Positions 22,701 to 34,865 are shown, numbered from the stretch's first letter. The stretch: 64,000 bases of DNA from Marsupella aquatica (GCA_973895155.1 OZ316893.1:14662645-14726644); one strand, 5' to 3'. Translations and numbers: made by a program. The notes: generated by a model not told the origin, from the sequence alone.

Positions 22701-24270
22701 CCTCCCCTTTGCTTCCTCAACCCAAAAATGAACCCACCACTGCAAAAATATGAGAAGCGCAAAAATCAAGCTCGCAAATACGGCCCCAAAAACTCGAAAA
22801 CGAACGAGATCAGCTCAATCAACCCGAGCACCAGCCCGAAATCAAATCACTGCGGACCCACACTCTTTTACCACCAACCCAACCCCGGCCACTCCACCCA
22901 GCCCAGCCCAGCCAATTTGGTCTCTCCCGCGAATCTCTCCAGTCTCAATGCTTCGCTTCCATTTGTGCCGGCAGCCCAAGTCTGCCGAGCTGCTGTTATT
23001 AGGAAATTTGTAAACAAGAAAATTAAGTCAATTCCTTTTGCTGATCGTTCACTCGTAATTAAATGCCTACTTCCCCAAGACTAGTCTTCAATAGGAAATA
23101 ACTGCCCAAGATTTTGTGTGACATAATTTATGTTCTGAAAGTTCCACGTTCCCTATAAGAAACTGGGTATTGTGAGTACTTGAACAATCACAATCCATTG
23201 CACGTTACCTCAATGTTCGCTGAATGTTGAAGAGAAATAGTAGCTAGTGGAACCGTGGACCGTCCTGATTACGTGGATTCACGGACACATGCTCGGACAC
23301 ATGTGGGATTCCTTTCGTGCCTGAATGTCCGTCGTTGTATTTGAGCATCAGCAGGTTCTTGGCAGTAGCGATGAAACTCAGAAAACAATGTGCACTCTGC
23401 AAGGGCTACGTACGGTAGTCAAAAGCGAACTGGAACAAGATCATCTACGATCAAAACAGGCAGAGAAAGGCGAGGAGTCAACAAAACCTCAGAATTGGCT
23501 AAGGCTGGGCACAAAGAAGAGTTTCTTCGAGGGAATGCAGTACAAGAAGAACGGCTCTCAATAGAGAATGCTGCCAAGAAAGCTCAAGAATTGCAGGAGG
23601 AGCTGAGAAAGGTTCACTAGTGGCATTACCTCAGCAATGTGGAAACACTTGTTCACAAAAGATATGGGACGAGACGGCCAAGCAAGAAATGAAGCCATGT
23701 GCAGAGGTTGTTGGTTTGGTGCAGGGGCCAAACTGTCGAGACATGGATGCTAGCCCACACCCAGCCATTATTGTCCTAGAACCAAAGGCTCCCTTGTTTT
23801 ACTGTCAGCGAATATCGGATTTTCCTCTCAGTGATGGAGACAAATTCTCGTGGTGGACGTTGTCCGAGGTGGAACTGTGGACCTCGCTCTTCACCAGAAA
23901 GTTGGTTCAGAATGGAGTAACAAAGTTTGAGAAGTAGCTTCCAGCTTCGATGGGCTCTGCGGTGGAGTCTGCTCGAGATAGAACATAGACCCGGGCATAG
24001 ACCCCTCCAAACTACAATCCAGGCATGAAAATCAATCACCAAATTTAGAATACTGACAATTCTCTAATTGCATTTTGAGAGCAGCCAGTGCAAATCATCA
24101 GGCACAAGAGCAGTTGATCAAGAACGATGCTAATCAAGAAAGATCCAAGACACCTCCAAGAAAAGATGTTCAAAAGAACAATCTACCAAAGAGAAGTCTC
24201 TTGTGAATCCAGTATTGACGATAGAGACTTTCAAAGGAAAATATTGACAGTTACATAGAGCAGTAAATAT

Positions 24271-24446
24271 GAGGACCATCCCCTACCTTCCTAAGCAGCG
24301 TGGTCTTCCTTCCAAGAATGCTCTTCTTCGTCCCTTCGAAGTGGCGCCAGCATCAGTACGAGGACCATCCCCTACCTTCCTAAGCAGCATGGTCTTCCTT
24401 CCAAGAACGCTCTTCCTCGTCCCTTCGAAGTGGCGCCAGCATCAGT
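24271..24446 (+). repeat. 89-bp tandem duplication
   Basis: GAGGACCATCCCCTACCTTCCTAAGCAGC...GTGGCGCCAGCATCAGT present twice, starting at 24271 and 24360. Confidence 0.9.
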
Positions 24447-24870
24447 CTTCCAAGAAGGTGCCAACATCCCCAACATCATGTTCAAACACTCCCCATCATC
24501 AGTTCAAACACTCCCTCGATCTATAGCTCAATACCAATAAAACAAATCTCAGCCGTCTAATAAATTCTCCAAAAGTGTACTTATTATAGGCACGTATTGA
24601 GGCACATATTAAACCATGTCCACTCTACAATATCTAGACATGTGTAGCAATCCGGCACTGATGTGTGGCAAGCCCATATTAGGTACCCTTGCAAAATGCG
24701 ACTTGAGATATTTTTTTAATAACCCCTACATTCATTATAATCAAAAGCATCATTAAATAGGGGCTTCTTAGTTTGTAAACAATTATAACAATTAGTCAAA
24801 AATGGGATTAAAAAACCCCTTGAGATGTTCGCACGAGGGGTCCCGTATTAGTTAAGCTAAGGGCCCAGGG

Positions 24871-25890
24871 TGCAGGGTATTGGTGGCCCACAATGCACAA
24901 GGACACCTATAATTTTATTAAATCATGTGATCCGTGCCAGAGAGTAGGGAAACCCACTGCATCTTCTAAGTGGCCCCTAACTCCCATTCTTCCCTTGGCA
25001 CCTTTTGAAAAGTGGGGTATAGACTTCATTGGCCCCATTTCCCCAGCTGCTCGTCGGAGTCGTAGTAAGTATATCATTCTTGCAACTGATTATGCCACCA
25101 AGTGGGTGGAGGCTAAAGCAACCAGGAAGAATGATGCGAACACTGTTGCGGCATTTCTATTTGAGCATATTATCACTCGCTTTGGCTGTCCCCTAGAACT
25201 GGTGAGTGACCGTGGCCTGCACTTCCTAAATTCCACTATTGAGTTGATCACGGATTTATACCTCATTAAGCACCGCAAGACTACTCCATATAATCCACGG
25301 GCGAATGGCTTGACCGAACGAGCTAATGGGATTATGGGAAAGATCTTAAATAAAATGGTGGCATCTCACAAGACTGACTGGGATGTAAAATTGCATTATG
25401 GGCTTTGGGCTTACCGTACTGCCAAAAAGATTACAACCCTTCGAACCCCATTTTATTTAACTTATGGGGTTGATAGTATTATCCCTATTGAGTTTTCCAT
25501 TCCTACTGAGAGATTACTTATTCCTGAGAGATTCACTCCTGAAGCAAGTCTAGAGAGTCGGTTTGTTGATATTACTAAATTAGAAGAACATCGAATTTTA
25601 GCTTTAAAACATACTGCTGTAGTACAAGAACAACGGAAACACTCTTATGATAAAAAGCTTAAACATGTTAAGTTAGCTGATAATGATTTAGTGTTAGTTT
25701 TTGATTCACGCTACATGCTTTTTCCGGGTAAATTACATACCCATTGGATAGGCCCTTCTAGAATTGAGAAATAATGGCCCAATGGTTTCGTATCCTTAAC
25801 CACTTTAGATGGATACCCCTTAGATACTAGAATTAATGGCTTTAGATTAAAGCAATATCACTTGTCTTCCACTCATGAGGACATGTCGTA
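24871..25890 (+). pseudogene. Ty3/Gypsy integrase (3' part of pol)
   Basis: GYWWPTMHKD...CDPCQR zinc-finger end, FEKWGIDFIGP, ATDYATKWVEA, VSDRGLHF, YNPRANGLTERAN, TPFYLTYG, GKLHTHWIGP; stop at 25772-25774; 5' end cut at a TIR-like GGGCCCAGGG. Confidence 0.93.
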
Positions 25891-25990
25891 GTTTGAGTGG
25901 AGGGCTAGGTTAGGAATATTTCATACCTGCAAGGAATATTAGTATGGAATGGCTTAGAATAGTAGATTATGCTCGGGAAATTTTTAAATT

Positions 25991-26140
25991 TGTGGACGCT
26001 TCCTGAAGCGTCCACACTAGAGAGCCAGATCTGTGGGCCGCTTTCTGAAGTGTCCATGAGATAATACGACACTTTTGGGAGGCGTCCGCCTGCTGACTCG
26101 GGATTTCCGTCCGGATTTGGGCCGCTTTCTGAAGCGTCCA
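25991..26140. repeat. Cluster 1 of palindromic GGACGCTT-YCTG-AAGCGTCC repeats
   Basis: TGTGGACGCTTCCTGAAGCGTCCACA at 25991-26016 plus two or three degenerate copies. Confidence 0.85.
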
Positions 26141-26626
26141 GCATAAGTTAGGAATTTCTGAACATTCTCGAGTACGGTGATGGATTGTGACATCTAACGG
26201 GTCGAAGAAGAGAAACGGCGAGTGGTCCAAGAAGCCAAGTTCAGTAGCGCTCACTACTGATGGTTGACATAGAGGAGGCGGAGGCCCTGATTGAAGTAAG
26301 AGTGGAGCTGCGACAGAGGAAATTGCAGATTGAGCGATGGCGGAAATAGAGCTAGATGTCACTGCGCGTCCGATAGTTGTTGTGATACCATTGAGTATAC
26401 ATGATCGAAGGCGATTCAGAGAAGATTTGACGACTATGGGCTTGAAGAATCTCTTGAAGTTTCCTTGGAGTATTTGCGAATTTAGCTTGATCGATTGAGG
26501 CAAATGGGACGGAGAGGAAGGACCGGAAATACGCGCGAGGCCAAGCAATTGGAATGAGGAGCTCATTTCATCAATTTATTCGACTCCGAGCGTAGGCCAA
26601 GGATTACAGAAAGTAGAAGGCGAACC

Positions 26627-26913
26627 CTCGGGGGGTTGACTATCAAAAATCTTAGGAACCACGTGCAATCCAAAATAGGTATTTTTTATAGAAATTAACT
26701 AAATTTTTAAAAAGCGTAGGAAGCAAAAGAAGGTATTATAGACCAATATTTATAGAATATTCTCTAATATATACCTTTTATAAAGTAAAATAGGTCATTA
26801 ATATTGAAAATAGAGAATGTTTTTGAAATATTCCCATTATAAAATAGGTGTATTTATATTAGGCTAGGATCGCACGTGGTACCCTAAAATATACACTAAG
26901 TTAACCCCCCTAG
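26627..26913. mobile_element. 287-bp MITE with 14-bp TIR and 8-bp TSD
   Basis: TIR CTCGGGGGGTTGAC / GTTAACCCCCCTAG, inner inverted ACCACGTGCAATCC / GGATCGCACGTGGT, TSD GGCGAACC at 26619-26626 and 26914-26921. Confidence 0.9.
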
Positions 26914-28454
26914 GGCGAACCTAGGGCGTACGTTGAATCTCTGTTCTATCCGGGAACATTCAAGAGGCGAAATGGCTGGGTGGTGGCAGATTGCATGAAG
27001 CGCGATTGCAGCATTTATTTCGTTTTCTCTCCCCTATTTTTCATCCTGAGAGTCAAACGCGCATTACCTTGTCATTTGTGGCCACTGTGATTTTTTCCGT
27101 GGAACAGAGGAAGACCATTAATTGGACCCAAATTCTACATAGAGTGATCCATGCGCAGGTGAAGAATTTCAGAAATTGAGTAAGAGAGAGGAAGCTGAGA
27201 AAGGTGCAAATGACTCCCTACTTCGCGCATATTTATTACAAGAAGCGATGCCTACTACCGACAGAGAAAAGGATCTATCAAAATTTGAGGATTAAGGTGA
27301 GAGAGGACGTGAGTTGTCGATCAGAGGAGCAGCTCAACAATTCTCAGGATACCCTGAATGCATTGTGTACTTTACTAGATTGTGAGGAGGCTGAGTTGCT
27401 ACCGAATGTCCGTAACTTGGTTGAAGCACACGAGCAGACCACTCAAGATCCAGAGAAGGAATCCCCTACAGTTGCCGAGGAGCTAGATGACAGATTTATT
27501 GGAGCTGGAGCACGACCTATGCATGAAATTGAAGAAGAATTGATGGACGAGGCCCAGCTCAATTCACAGTGTGAGAATCTCAGTCCTTTGAATAAACCGG
27601 AGGAAACAACTCAGGAACCGGAGACAGCTGAAGAATCACCAGGTGAAGCTCCAATTTTACCTTCTTTTGCAGAAGATAGTGTACTGGATGAGTTACCATG
27701 TCTATCCCCATCTCTAGCTGCAGAAGGACAGGATGCTTTAGCTTCATTATAGGACTACCAATCGGATGAGTACTCCAATAGAAGCCCACAACCACTTCTG
27801 TAGGACGTCCTTGGATTCCCCCAAGACATTCAACATTTAGAGATACCACGTTTTGATGTCCCAATAAGTGATGGTGAGGATGCAATTGTAGAGACTGATG
27901 ATGAGGAGGATGTCCCCTTTTTACGAAGACCTGAACGAGATGATTCCAGTCAGCAGGACGTCAGTACTATGGTGGCAGTACCATTGGACATTTCGAAAGA
28001 CTTAGCTGAGAGATTAAGTCAAATTTCCCGGTTACCCTCAGTACAAATGGACTATGATGGTCCGGAACACAGTCCTGTAGCAACACCTCATCATACATCT
28101 GCTCCAATCAATTTTGAGAGAGGCACTTCTGTATACACTCCATCTGCAGCTTCTATATCTCGAGCTCCAGATGAGTATCCAGTCACTTATAGGCATAAAC
28201 CATGGAAGAGATTACGGAGAGCTAGAGATTCGGTGGAATTGTATGCTGCTGAAGATTCCGTTGAAGCTTAGATAGAAGCACGGGAGAACCATGCTCATCG
28301 GCAGGAACCACATGAAGATCGAGGTCAGACACCTGCCTACTCAGAGGAGTTACAGCTAGAAAATGAGTTACCAAGTGCAGAATTTACAGGTGGAGAGATC
28401 CCGGAGCTAGCACAGACTACCATTGCACCTTCGTCTCCTGAGACTCCACCCTGT

Positions 28455-29119
28455 CCCTGGGCCCCCAGCCTTTGTAAACTAAAGAGGTATACGTGCGTAC
28501 ACCCCCCTCCCTAGTACCCCTTATTATTTTTGGAAGCCTATAAAAATTTCTCTTGTTATTCTTAAAAACTTAATTTTGGAGAATAAATCTGCCCCTTTGA
28601 GATATTATAATTTCACATTTTACACCATTTATGAAAGCCTTGAAAAGTTATAAATTCATCATGTGCAAACGGTTCTAAAATTGACGGGAGTGTTTTGGAA
28701 GGGTTTTGGGTACATATATTTTTGTGTTCGTGACCCTTTAACCCCAAACTTCAACTTTGGGGCATTTCTGAACCGCAGGGCAGGGTAGTCAAGGTTCAAA
28801 AGCTCCAAAGTCCTAAACTACTCTGAATCATAGATGTTGCAAGCATAATTATATGTCATATACACATGTTCCAATAAAGGGTGGCCACAAGGACCAATCC
28901 TATTGTGACGCGTGTCACATCCATATTACATCACCTCTTGAAGCATATTAACTTGGGCGACATTTATATAAGCCTACATTAGTTAGAAAGGGTTCTTTGA
29001 ATAAAACCATCCCTTGATATTTCTAAGCCAATTATAAAAATTAATCTCAAATCAGATTTTTTGCACCTTTCATCCGTTCGCACGTCCAACCCATTATTAA
29101 TAATGCTGGGGGCCTAGGG
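28455..29119. mobile_element. 665-bp non-autonomous TIR element with 8-bp TSD
   Basis: TIR CCCTGGGCCCCCAGC / GCTGGGGGCCTAGGG; TSD CACCCTGT at 28447-28454 and 29120-29127; AT-rich interior. Confidence 0.9.
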
Positions 29120-29954
29120 CACCCTGTCCGCCTGCTAAGGAGTCTGTCATTCCTTCCAAAACTCCAGGAGTTATTTTTTGATGGAAAGGAGCACCCAGTG
29201 ATGGGAGTGGGGATGAAGCAGATCCTAGAATTATTCAAATTCCACCACGATTGGGGCGAACGATCGAGTGTCCACCCCCTAACCCTATTCCCAATCTTGC
29301 TTCTATTAACTCTTGGACCAAGACAGAATATCGTGCAGCCTTCAGACATTTGGAACTCGAGAGTATCAGACAACAACAACAGATTTTACCAGGGATATGT
29401 CCTGCAGATATACGTACTGTGATTCCTACGTATAAATTTCCCAAAGTTGTTCCACCTATAGATAAGGGCAGGAGACCTAAATTCTTTGAGTGTGAAATCT
29501 GGTGTCGGGTGTATACCCTTCGACGAGCCCTTTGTCCTTTTCCTCCTATATCTCCAAAACATCCATGGCCTTATAGTTACTATGTCTGGGTCTCTCACGA
29601 TGGATTTGCAATTCAGTATAAGTATGAGAAGGATCTTATTAAACTGAGAGAGCAGCTAAAGAGAAACCAACTACATTCATCTTCCCGTACTCAAGGATCC
29701 CAAGCTATTAGAGGACTTGCTCGGTTACCTCTACTCGACCCTTGGCCTCCAATGTAATTTGACAACTCCGCATTAGTAAAGAGCAATTTTGTTATATCAG
29801 CAGAAGAACTTCAGACGAGTATGATCAAGTATATTATTCCACTTCTTGTGCGGACACAACGAATTTCGAGTGGAGGGCTATGTAGAAAGGGGACTTTTGT
29901 TGAAATATGTCAATAAGGGCAAATTCAGAATTTTTCAAACCTTTTTGGGCAAAA

Positions 29955-30745
29955 GACGACGCTTTCTGAAGCGTCCACTCCAATAGGACGCTTAATTCAA
30001 GTGTCTGTATTCCATGCAAGGACGCTTTCTGAAGCGTCCCCAGTCCAAAGAGAAAGAAAGCCCAATACAGCTGAGGCGTCCATATGTGACGCCAGCCAGC
30101 CAGACGCGACACCTTTCTGAAGCGTCTGTTGGTGAAGAAGTAACTATACGGACCCAGAAGAGTGAAGGTAGCGACGCTTTGAAATACAGCCGCTAAGTGA
30201 GGACGCTTTCTGAAGCGTCCGCCACCCAACCAGCTGTACTCCAACACTCTGCAATCCACCCGACACCACGACGCTTTCTGAAGCGTCCACATGAGGAGCG
30301 ACATTTTCTGAGGCGTTCGCTACCCCAAAGGCGATATCGACACTGCGACGCCCACGGAAGCGTCCCGCCCGAAGACCAGAAGCCGGACGCTACAACTCAA
30401 AATCCAGCCAACACTCTCTAAAGCGTCCACAAAAGTCCTTTGGACGCTTCCTGAAGCGTCCACTATGTTCCCGACACTTAGAAATATTTTCAGTTTTCGC
30501 ACTTTTATAACACCGCGTCACTTTTACCGATTTATTTGAGGCACTTGGGGATCTTAGAAAAGTCTGAAACTTCGTCAGCATAGAGATTATATGTAGTAGA
30601 GTATCCTAGAAAAGTTTCAACTCATTCCGACTTTTAGTTTAGAAGTTAAAATTAGATTAAGATCACTATTTATTAGTTTTACCAAAAAACACCGACGCTT
30701 TACAAAACCTTCACTCAAACCTTGACGCTTTCTGAAGCGTCCATT
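29955..30745. repeat. Cluster 2 of palindromic GACGCTTTCTGAAGCGTCC repeats in the Gypsy 3' non-coding/LTR region
   Basis: About 9-10 copies (near 29958, 30020, 30113, 30201, 30270, 30303, 30413, 30442, 30724) with irregular spacing. Confidence 0.85.
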
Positions 30746-31595
30746 GCATTTCCCACACTTTACTTTTTTCATCTTTTCTAGGATTATCTTTTAAATATTT
30801 GAGGTTTGAAAGGTCATGCCTTTTCAGCTAAAAACCTTTACCTATAAAACCTCACGGTTTACTCATTTCAAGGGGGCACAATTTTATTCAGATATCAAAA
30901 TTCTGGATAGTTTCCCTCCTTCCATTGTAACAAGAGAGTCTTGTATGGAAGTAAAATATATGTTATGTGTTGTGTGAGTGAATTCAGAAGATGCCCTCTG
31001 TGCCTGAATTACAATCACAGTCTTTTGAGATTCATGTCGAATTCACTGCTAGACTTGCTCAGATGAGATTTGCTAGCCAATTTGAGAATCAATGCTGGAT
31101 TGAGAGAAGCAAAAATTCCATTTTCATAGTAGCTAGTATCATTCATGTACTCTGGTATATTCACTAGTGATTGATTGAAATTGCGCATCGCTAATAATCA
31201 ATCCATGTTGACGGCATAATAGTGGATATCTTAGTACCTGTAATCAGAAAACTACTCTGGCTTTGGTGAGTAGAAATCTTTCAATCAGTATTGTTATGGA
31301 TTTAAGGAGAGTTCAGATGAGTTTAGAGAGATTTCATTTGTATACAATAAGACCATAGTCCTTTTTGAAGGAGTGGCAATATCAAATTGATAATTATCTC
31401 ACTGAATTGAAACTTATCTTTATTCATAACTCAGGAGGTTTCCCTTGCTTGTGTTGTGTTAGTTTATTTAATTTTTCTATAAGGAAAAGTTGAGCTATAT
31501 AGAGTAAGAGGCTCTAAACCTCTCAAAATTACTATATCATTCAATCTATTCCAATCTGTTCCTAAAAGGATCAAATTCTGAGTTTATAAAGATAT

Positions 31596-32557
31596 TTGGT
31601 TACTTTTGTGTTCTTACGGCTTACGACAGGAATCCCATGTCAAGTTGTTGGACTTGGATCTGTAAGATTTCAGATGTTTGATGGTGCTATGAGAACGTTG
31701 AGAAATATGAGACATATTCCCACCATGATGAAATTTTTTATTTCACTTGGAGTTTTAGAAGCAAATGGCCATCAATGGAGTTCTGCTAATGGTGTTCTTC
31801 AGGTTTCTTTAGGTATTCCCTTAACTTCACATTTCAAGTAATCATCGGCTTTCTCTCCTATGGATGTTGTGGAGAAAGGTCTGATGGCTAAGATTCCTTA
31901 TGAGAAGACAGTAGGCAGTCTGATGTATTTGATAACTTGTACTAGGCCTGACTTGGCCCTAGCAATGGGCAAGGTTAGTAGATTCATGTCAAATCCAGGG
32001 AAGGTACATTGGGAAGCTGTGAAATGGATTCTCAGGTATCTCAAGGGTACACAGGACTATGGATTACTATTTGATAACAGATCAGATAGAACGTTAGTTG
32101 GCTATGTAGATTCTGACTATGGAGGCTGTCTGGATACAAGGAGGTCTACAACTGGTTTGTTTTTACTCTTGGAGGAGGATGTATCAGTTGGAAATTTACC
32201 TTGCAAAAGTGTATATCTCAGTCTACTACAGAAGCAGAGTAGGTTGCAGCAGCAAAAGCAGCAAAGGAAGCAATTTGGTTGGATAAGTTGATCGCGGAGA
32301 TGGATTTAGAGCATGGCAAAATGACTCTAAACTGTGATAGTCAGAGTGCTCTTCACTTGGCTGCTAACCAGGTGATGGATAGCAGGGTGAAGCACATTGA
32401 TATCAGATACCATTTTATCAGGCAAACAGTGTCTGATAAAACTTTTGAGCTAGTCAAGATTGATGGAAAGCTCAATCCCGCTGATGCCTTTACCAAAGTG
32501 ATTCCTTTGGAGAGTTTCTCAAGACACCTTGCTACTTTGCAGGTTTTGCAGTTGTAG
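31596..32557 (+). pseudogene. Ty1/Copia pol relic with large internal deletion (protease-region fragment joined to RT C-terminus and RNase H)
   Basis: PCQVVGLGSVRFQMFDG...LRNMRHIP...FISLGVLE, then IPYEKTVGSLMYLITCTRPDLA...HWEAVKWILRYLKGT, GYVDSDY, CDSQSALHLAAN...RVKHIDIRYHFIR; frameshift near 32160. Confidence 0.92.
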
Positions 32558-32764
32558 TGCAAGTAGAGTTATTTAACAATGTGTGACTATTTGTATATGG
32601 ATTACTCATTCCTGTTTGGCTACGGCTTAGTTCTAGTTAACCCTTAGTTAACCCTTGTGGTTTTTAGGGGGAGACCTGGTTTGGTGATTGTCTAGAACTT
32701 CCCGCTGAGGATTCCATATGGTAGCATTTAGTCCAGTCCCCAAGACAAGAGTCAAGGGGGAGTT

Positions 32765-33070
32765 TGTTAGATATTGCTCTAGTCTTGTGACTCATGAGCT
32801 AACCACAGTTAGTCTAACTCGGGTTAGGACTTAGCTAATGTTAGCGGTAGTGCTGTTGTGCATATAGCCAGGGCTGATGCCAGACCCTGGTGGAACTTAG
32901 GCTCATTGTTATGGAGCTAGTTGAGAGATAGGGAGAGCTTGTGCTGTGGATGCTTGGTATATGGCCGGTCGGCCTAGAGTGCAGTAAAGCTCTTGTGTGT
33001 TCCCGTGGACGTAGCCTCATGTGGAGGTGAACCACGTATCTCTCTGTGTCAACTATTGTGCGTTGGATGG
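32765..33070 (+). mobile_element. Copia 3' LTR (right boundary uncertain)
   Basis: PPT CAAGGGGGAG at ~32753-32762 followed by TGTTAG; contains CCCGTGGACGTAG...GGTGAACCACGTA typical of plant Copia LTRs; homologous to 45985-46288. Confidence 0.65.
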
Positions 33071-33827
33071 TTCATGGGCTTGCCGTTGCGAATGTCGTCT
33101 ATGCTCAACATGCAGAAGGAGTTGCCTCTATAAGCATACTAGGAATCCAATAGCAGCTGTGAATGGCCCTTCAATTGTCGATGCAATACTTGCAAGATGA
33201 GTCTCTTCTTCCATAACAGTGTCGACTATTGCAAACAGTTGTGGTGGAATAACACTAGTGAAGTTTGCGCAAAGATAGAAAGAACCTCAGGATTTCAATA
33301 AATCAGTGAACGTACACAATGCAGAAAGTACTTTGAGCCGGATGATAGTATTCCGTGTAATGCTAAAAGAAGGGATGTCCATAAAGCACTCCACAGCAAA
33401 AACTGAGCAATCCTTGGAACATGAAATACTTATCGCAAGAGCAATAACATATCCGCCAACAGCAACAAAGTATCATCAACGCATCCACCGGCAGCAATCT
33501 GGGCACTAAATTGACAGCAGCAGTGCAACCATAGACCTCCCACAGCACATCGACCTCCCACAACACATTGACCTCGCGCATCGACCAGGAGCACAAATCA
33601 ACCAGCATCAAAGACAAACACAAGAGCCCTCGTCTTCTTATAAGGGCAACAGATGTGGAGCACATTATGCCAGCACTGTCCGATCCAGCAGCGCAAGTGC
33701 CTGCCAATCTCAGCCCTTCATACAATTTTTACGACCCTATCTACTCCAACATTTGAATTTGATCCATCCGGATGACAAGATTGAATCTGCTCCGTCGAAA
33801 ATTACACAACCAAAAGCCCTTAACGCC

Positions 33828-33944
33828 AATTAGGGGCTCGGCCCTTCCCATAATGGGGTAGGGCCTATGCATATGCGTGGGCCCACGGGCCTCCACATAT
33901 GCTCGACCTTATACCCCATTATGGAGTGGGTAGAGCCCCTTAAT
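33828..33944. repeat. ~115-bp fold-back (hairpin) MITE-like element
   Basis: AGGGGCTC..CCC..CCATAATGGGGTA...GCATATG arm pairs with CATATGC...TACCCCATTATGG..GGG..GAGCCCCT arm. Confidence 0.75.
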
Positions 33945-34347
33945 CCTATACATAAGGATGGCCTGAGCTGGGGTTCTAGATTGAACCCTCTTCTCTTCCC
34001 AGATTGCTCAGAAAAGTTTGTTGGTTACTCTTGTTAGTTCTTATTCACTTTCTGGTCATAGTATTACAGTTTAGTAATCCTGTTCCGAGTCCATACATTA
34101 TCTTGTGCATAATTTTTGTCCCAAAAAAGATATTCCCTAGTAAGAGATTGTGGGAATAACAAATACAAGAGACATACTAGATGGACCTTTAAATTGAGAA
34201 GTGTTACTCAATGAACCCTATGAAGGCGTACAAGATTGACCATTGATTTAAGGTACATCAAAGGTTTGGATCACTCATGGGGTCCATGAAGTAAAGTTTT
34301 TCATTTTGTGTCCATCAAGAATATCTGTCTAACAAATACCTCCCAAA

Positions 34348-34479
34348 ACGCTTACACACTAATTTATGTAACCTAGATTATGAGAATAATAGATAGCTCT
34401 TAAAATGGTTAAATACGCTTACACACTAATCTATGTAACCTAGGATTATGAGAATAGTAGATACCTCTTAAAATGGTTA
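34348..34479 (+). repeat. ~67-bp tandem duplication
   Basis: ACGCTTACACACTAAT.TATGTAACCTAG...CTCTTAAAATGGTTA present twice. Confidence 0.85.
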
Positions 34480-34785
34480 CATATTCGGAACCTTGCATTC
34501 CGTACACAAATTATGTACGAATCCGAAAGATTCCATTGAAAAGCGTCTCGTTGTCCGGTCTCCAGCAGCGCAACAAAGGGGACGACGCTGAAAGCGACAC
34601 AGAGGCAGGTGGCGACCCAAAAAGCAAGCAGAAAGCGACACATCGAAAGCGCATCACACTAGTGAATTGCCTTTGCTTCACTTCGCTTCGCTTCAGGGGC
34701 GGCAATATTTTATAGACCCCCAGTACAGTCCTCGGCGAAGGCGCAGCAGCACTCCTCCGACACAACACAACAGTACAAGTCCGTA

Positions 34786-34865
34786 GCAGAGCAGAGTAGA
34801 GGAGAGCCGAGCCGAGCCGAGCCGAGCCGAACAGAGCAGAGCAGAGCAGAGCAGAGCCGAGCCGA
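34786..34865 (+). repeat. (GAGCC)n/(GAGCA)n pentanucleotide microsatellite in the probable 5' UTR
   Basis: GAGCCGAGCCGAGCC...GAGCAGAGCAGAGCA just downstream of TTTTATA (~34708). Confidence 0.85.

Larger units (their letters stand above)
26337..29757 (+). pseudogene. Long extra (env-position) ORF of the Gypsy element, decayed and interrupted by two MITEs
   Basis: Starts MAEIELDV at 26337; removing the MITEs and one TSD restores reading (VEGEPRAYVESLFYPGTFKRRNGWVVADC; ETPPCPPAKES); fragments 26991-27179, 27204-27752, 27969-28271, 29251-29757; followed by a PPT-like GAGTGGAGGG. Confidence 0.55.

Noticed and set aside
21240-24050. Short ORFs as host genes
   Set aside because: No recognisable domain and many stops; left unannotated and mentioned only as possible relics of a larger element.
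25905-26566. Minus-strand ORFs with WTLQKA repeats (also 29834-30581)
   Set aside because: Translations of the palindromic DNA repeats, with no protein-family signal.
29955-30745. CRISPR-like array of palindromic 20-bp repeats with unique spacers
   Set aside because: Spacing is irregular (tens to hundreds of bp), repeats are degenerate, no cas genes, and the context is a plant Gypsy element.
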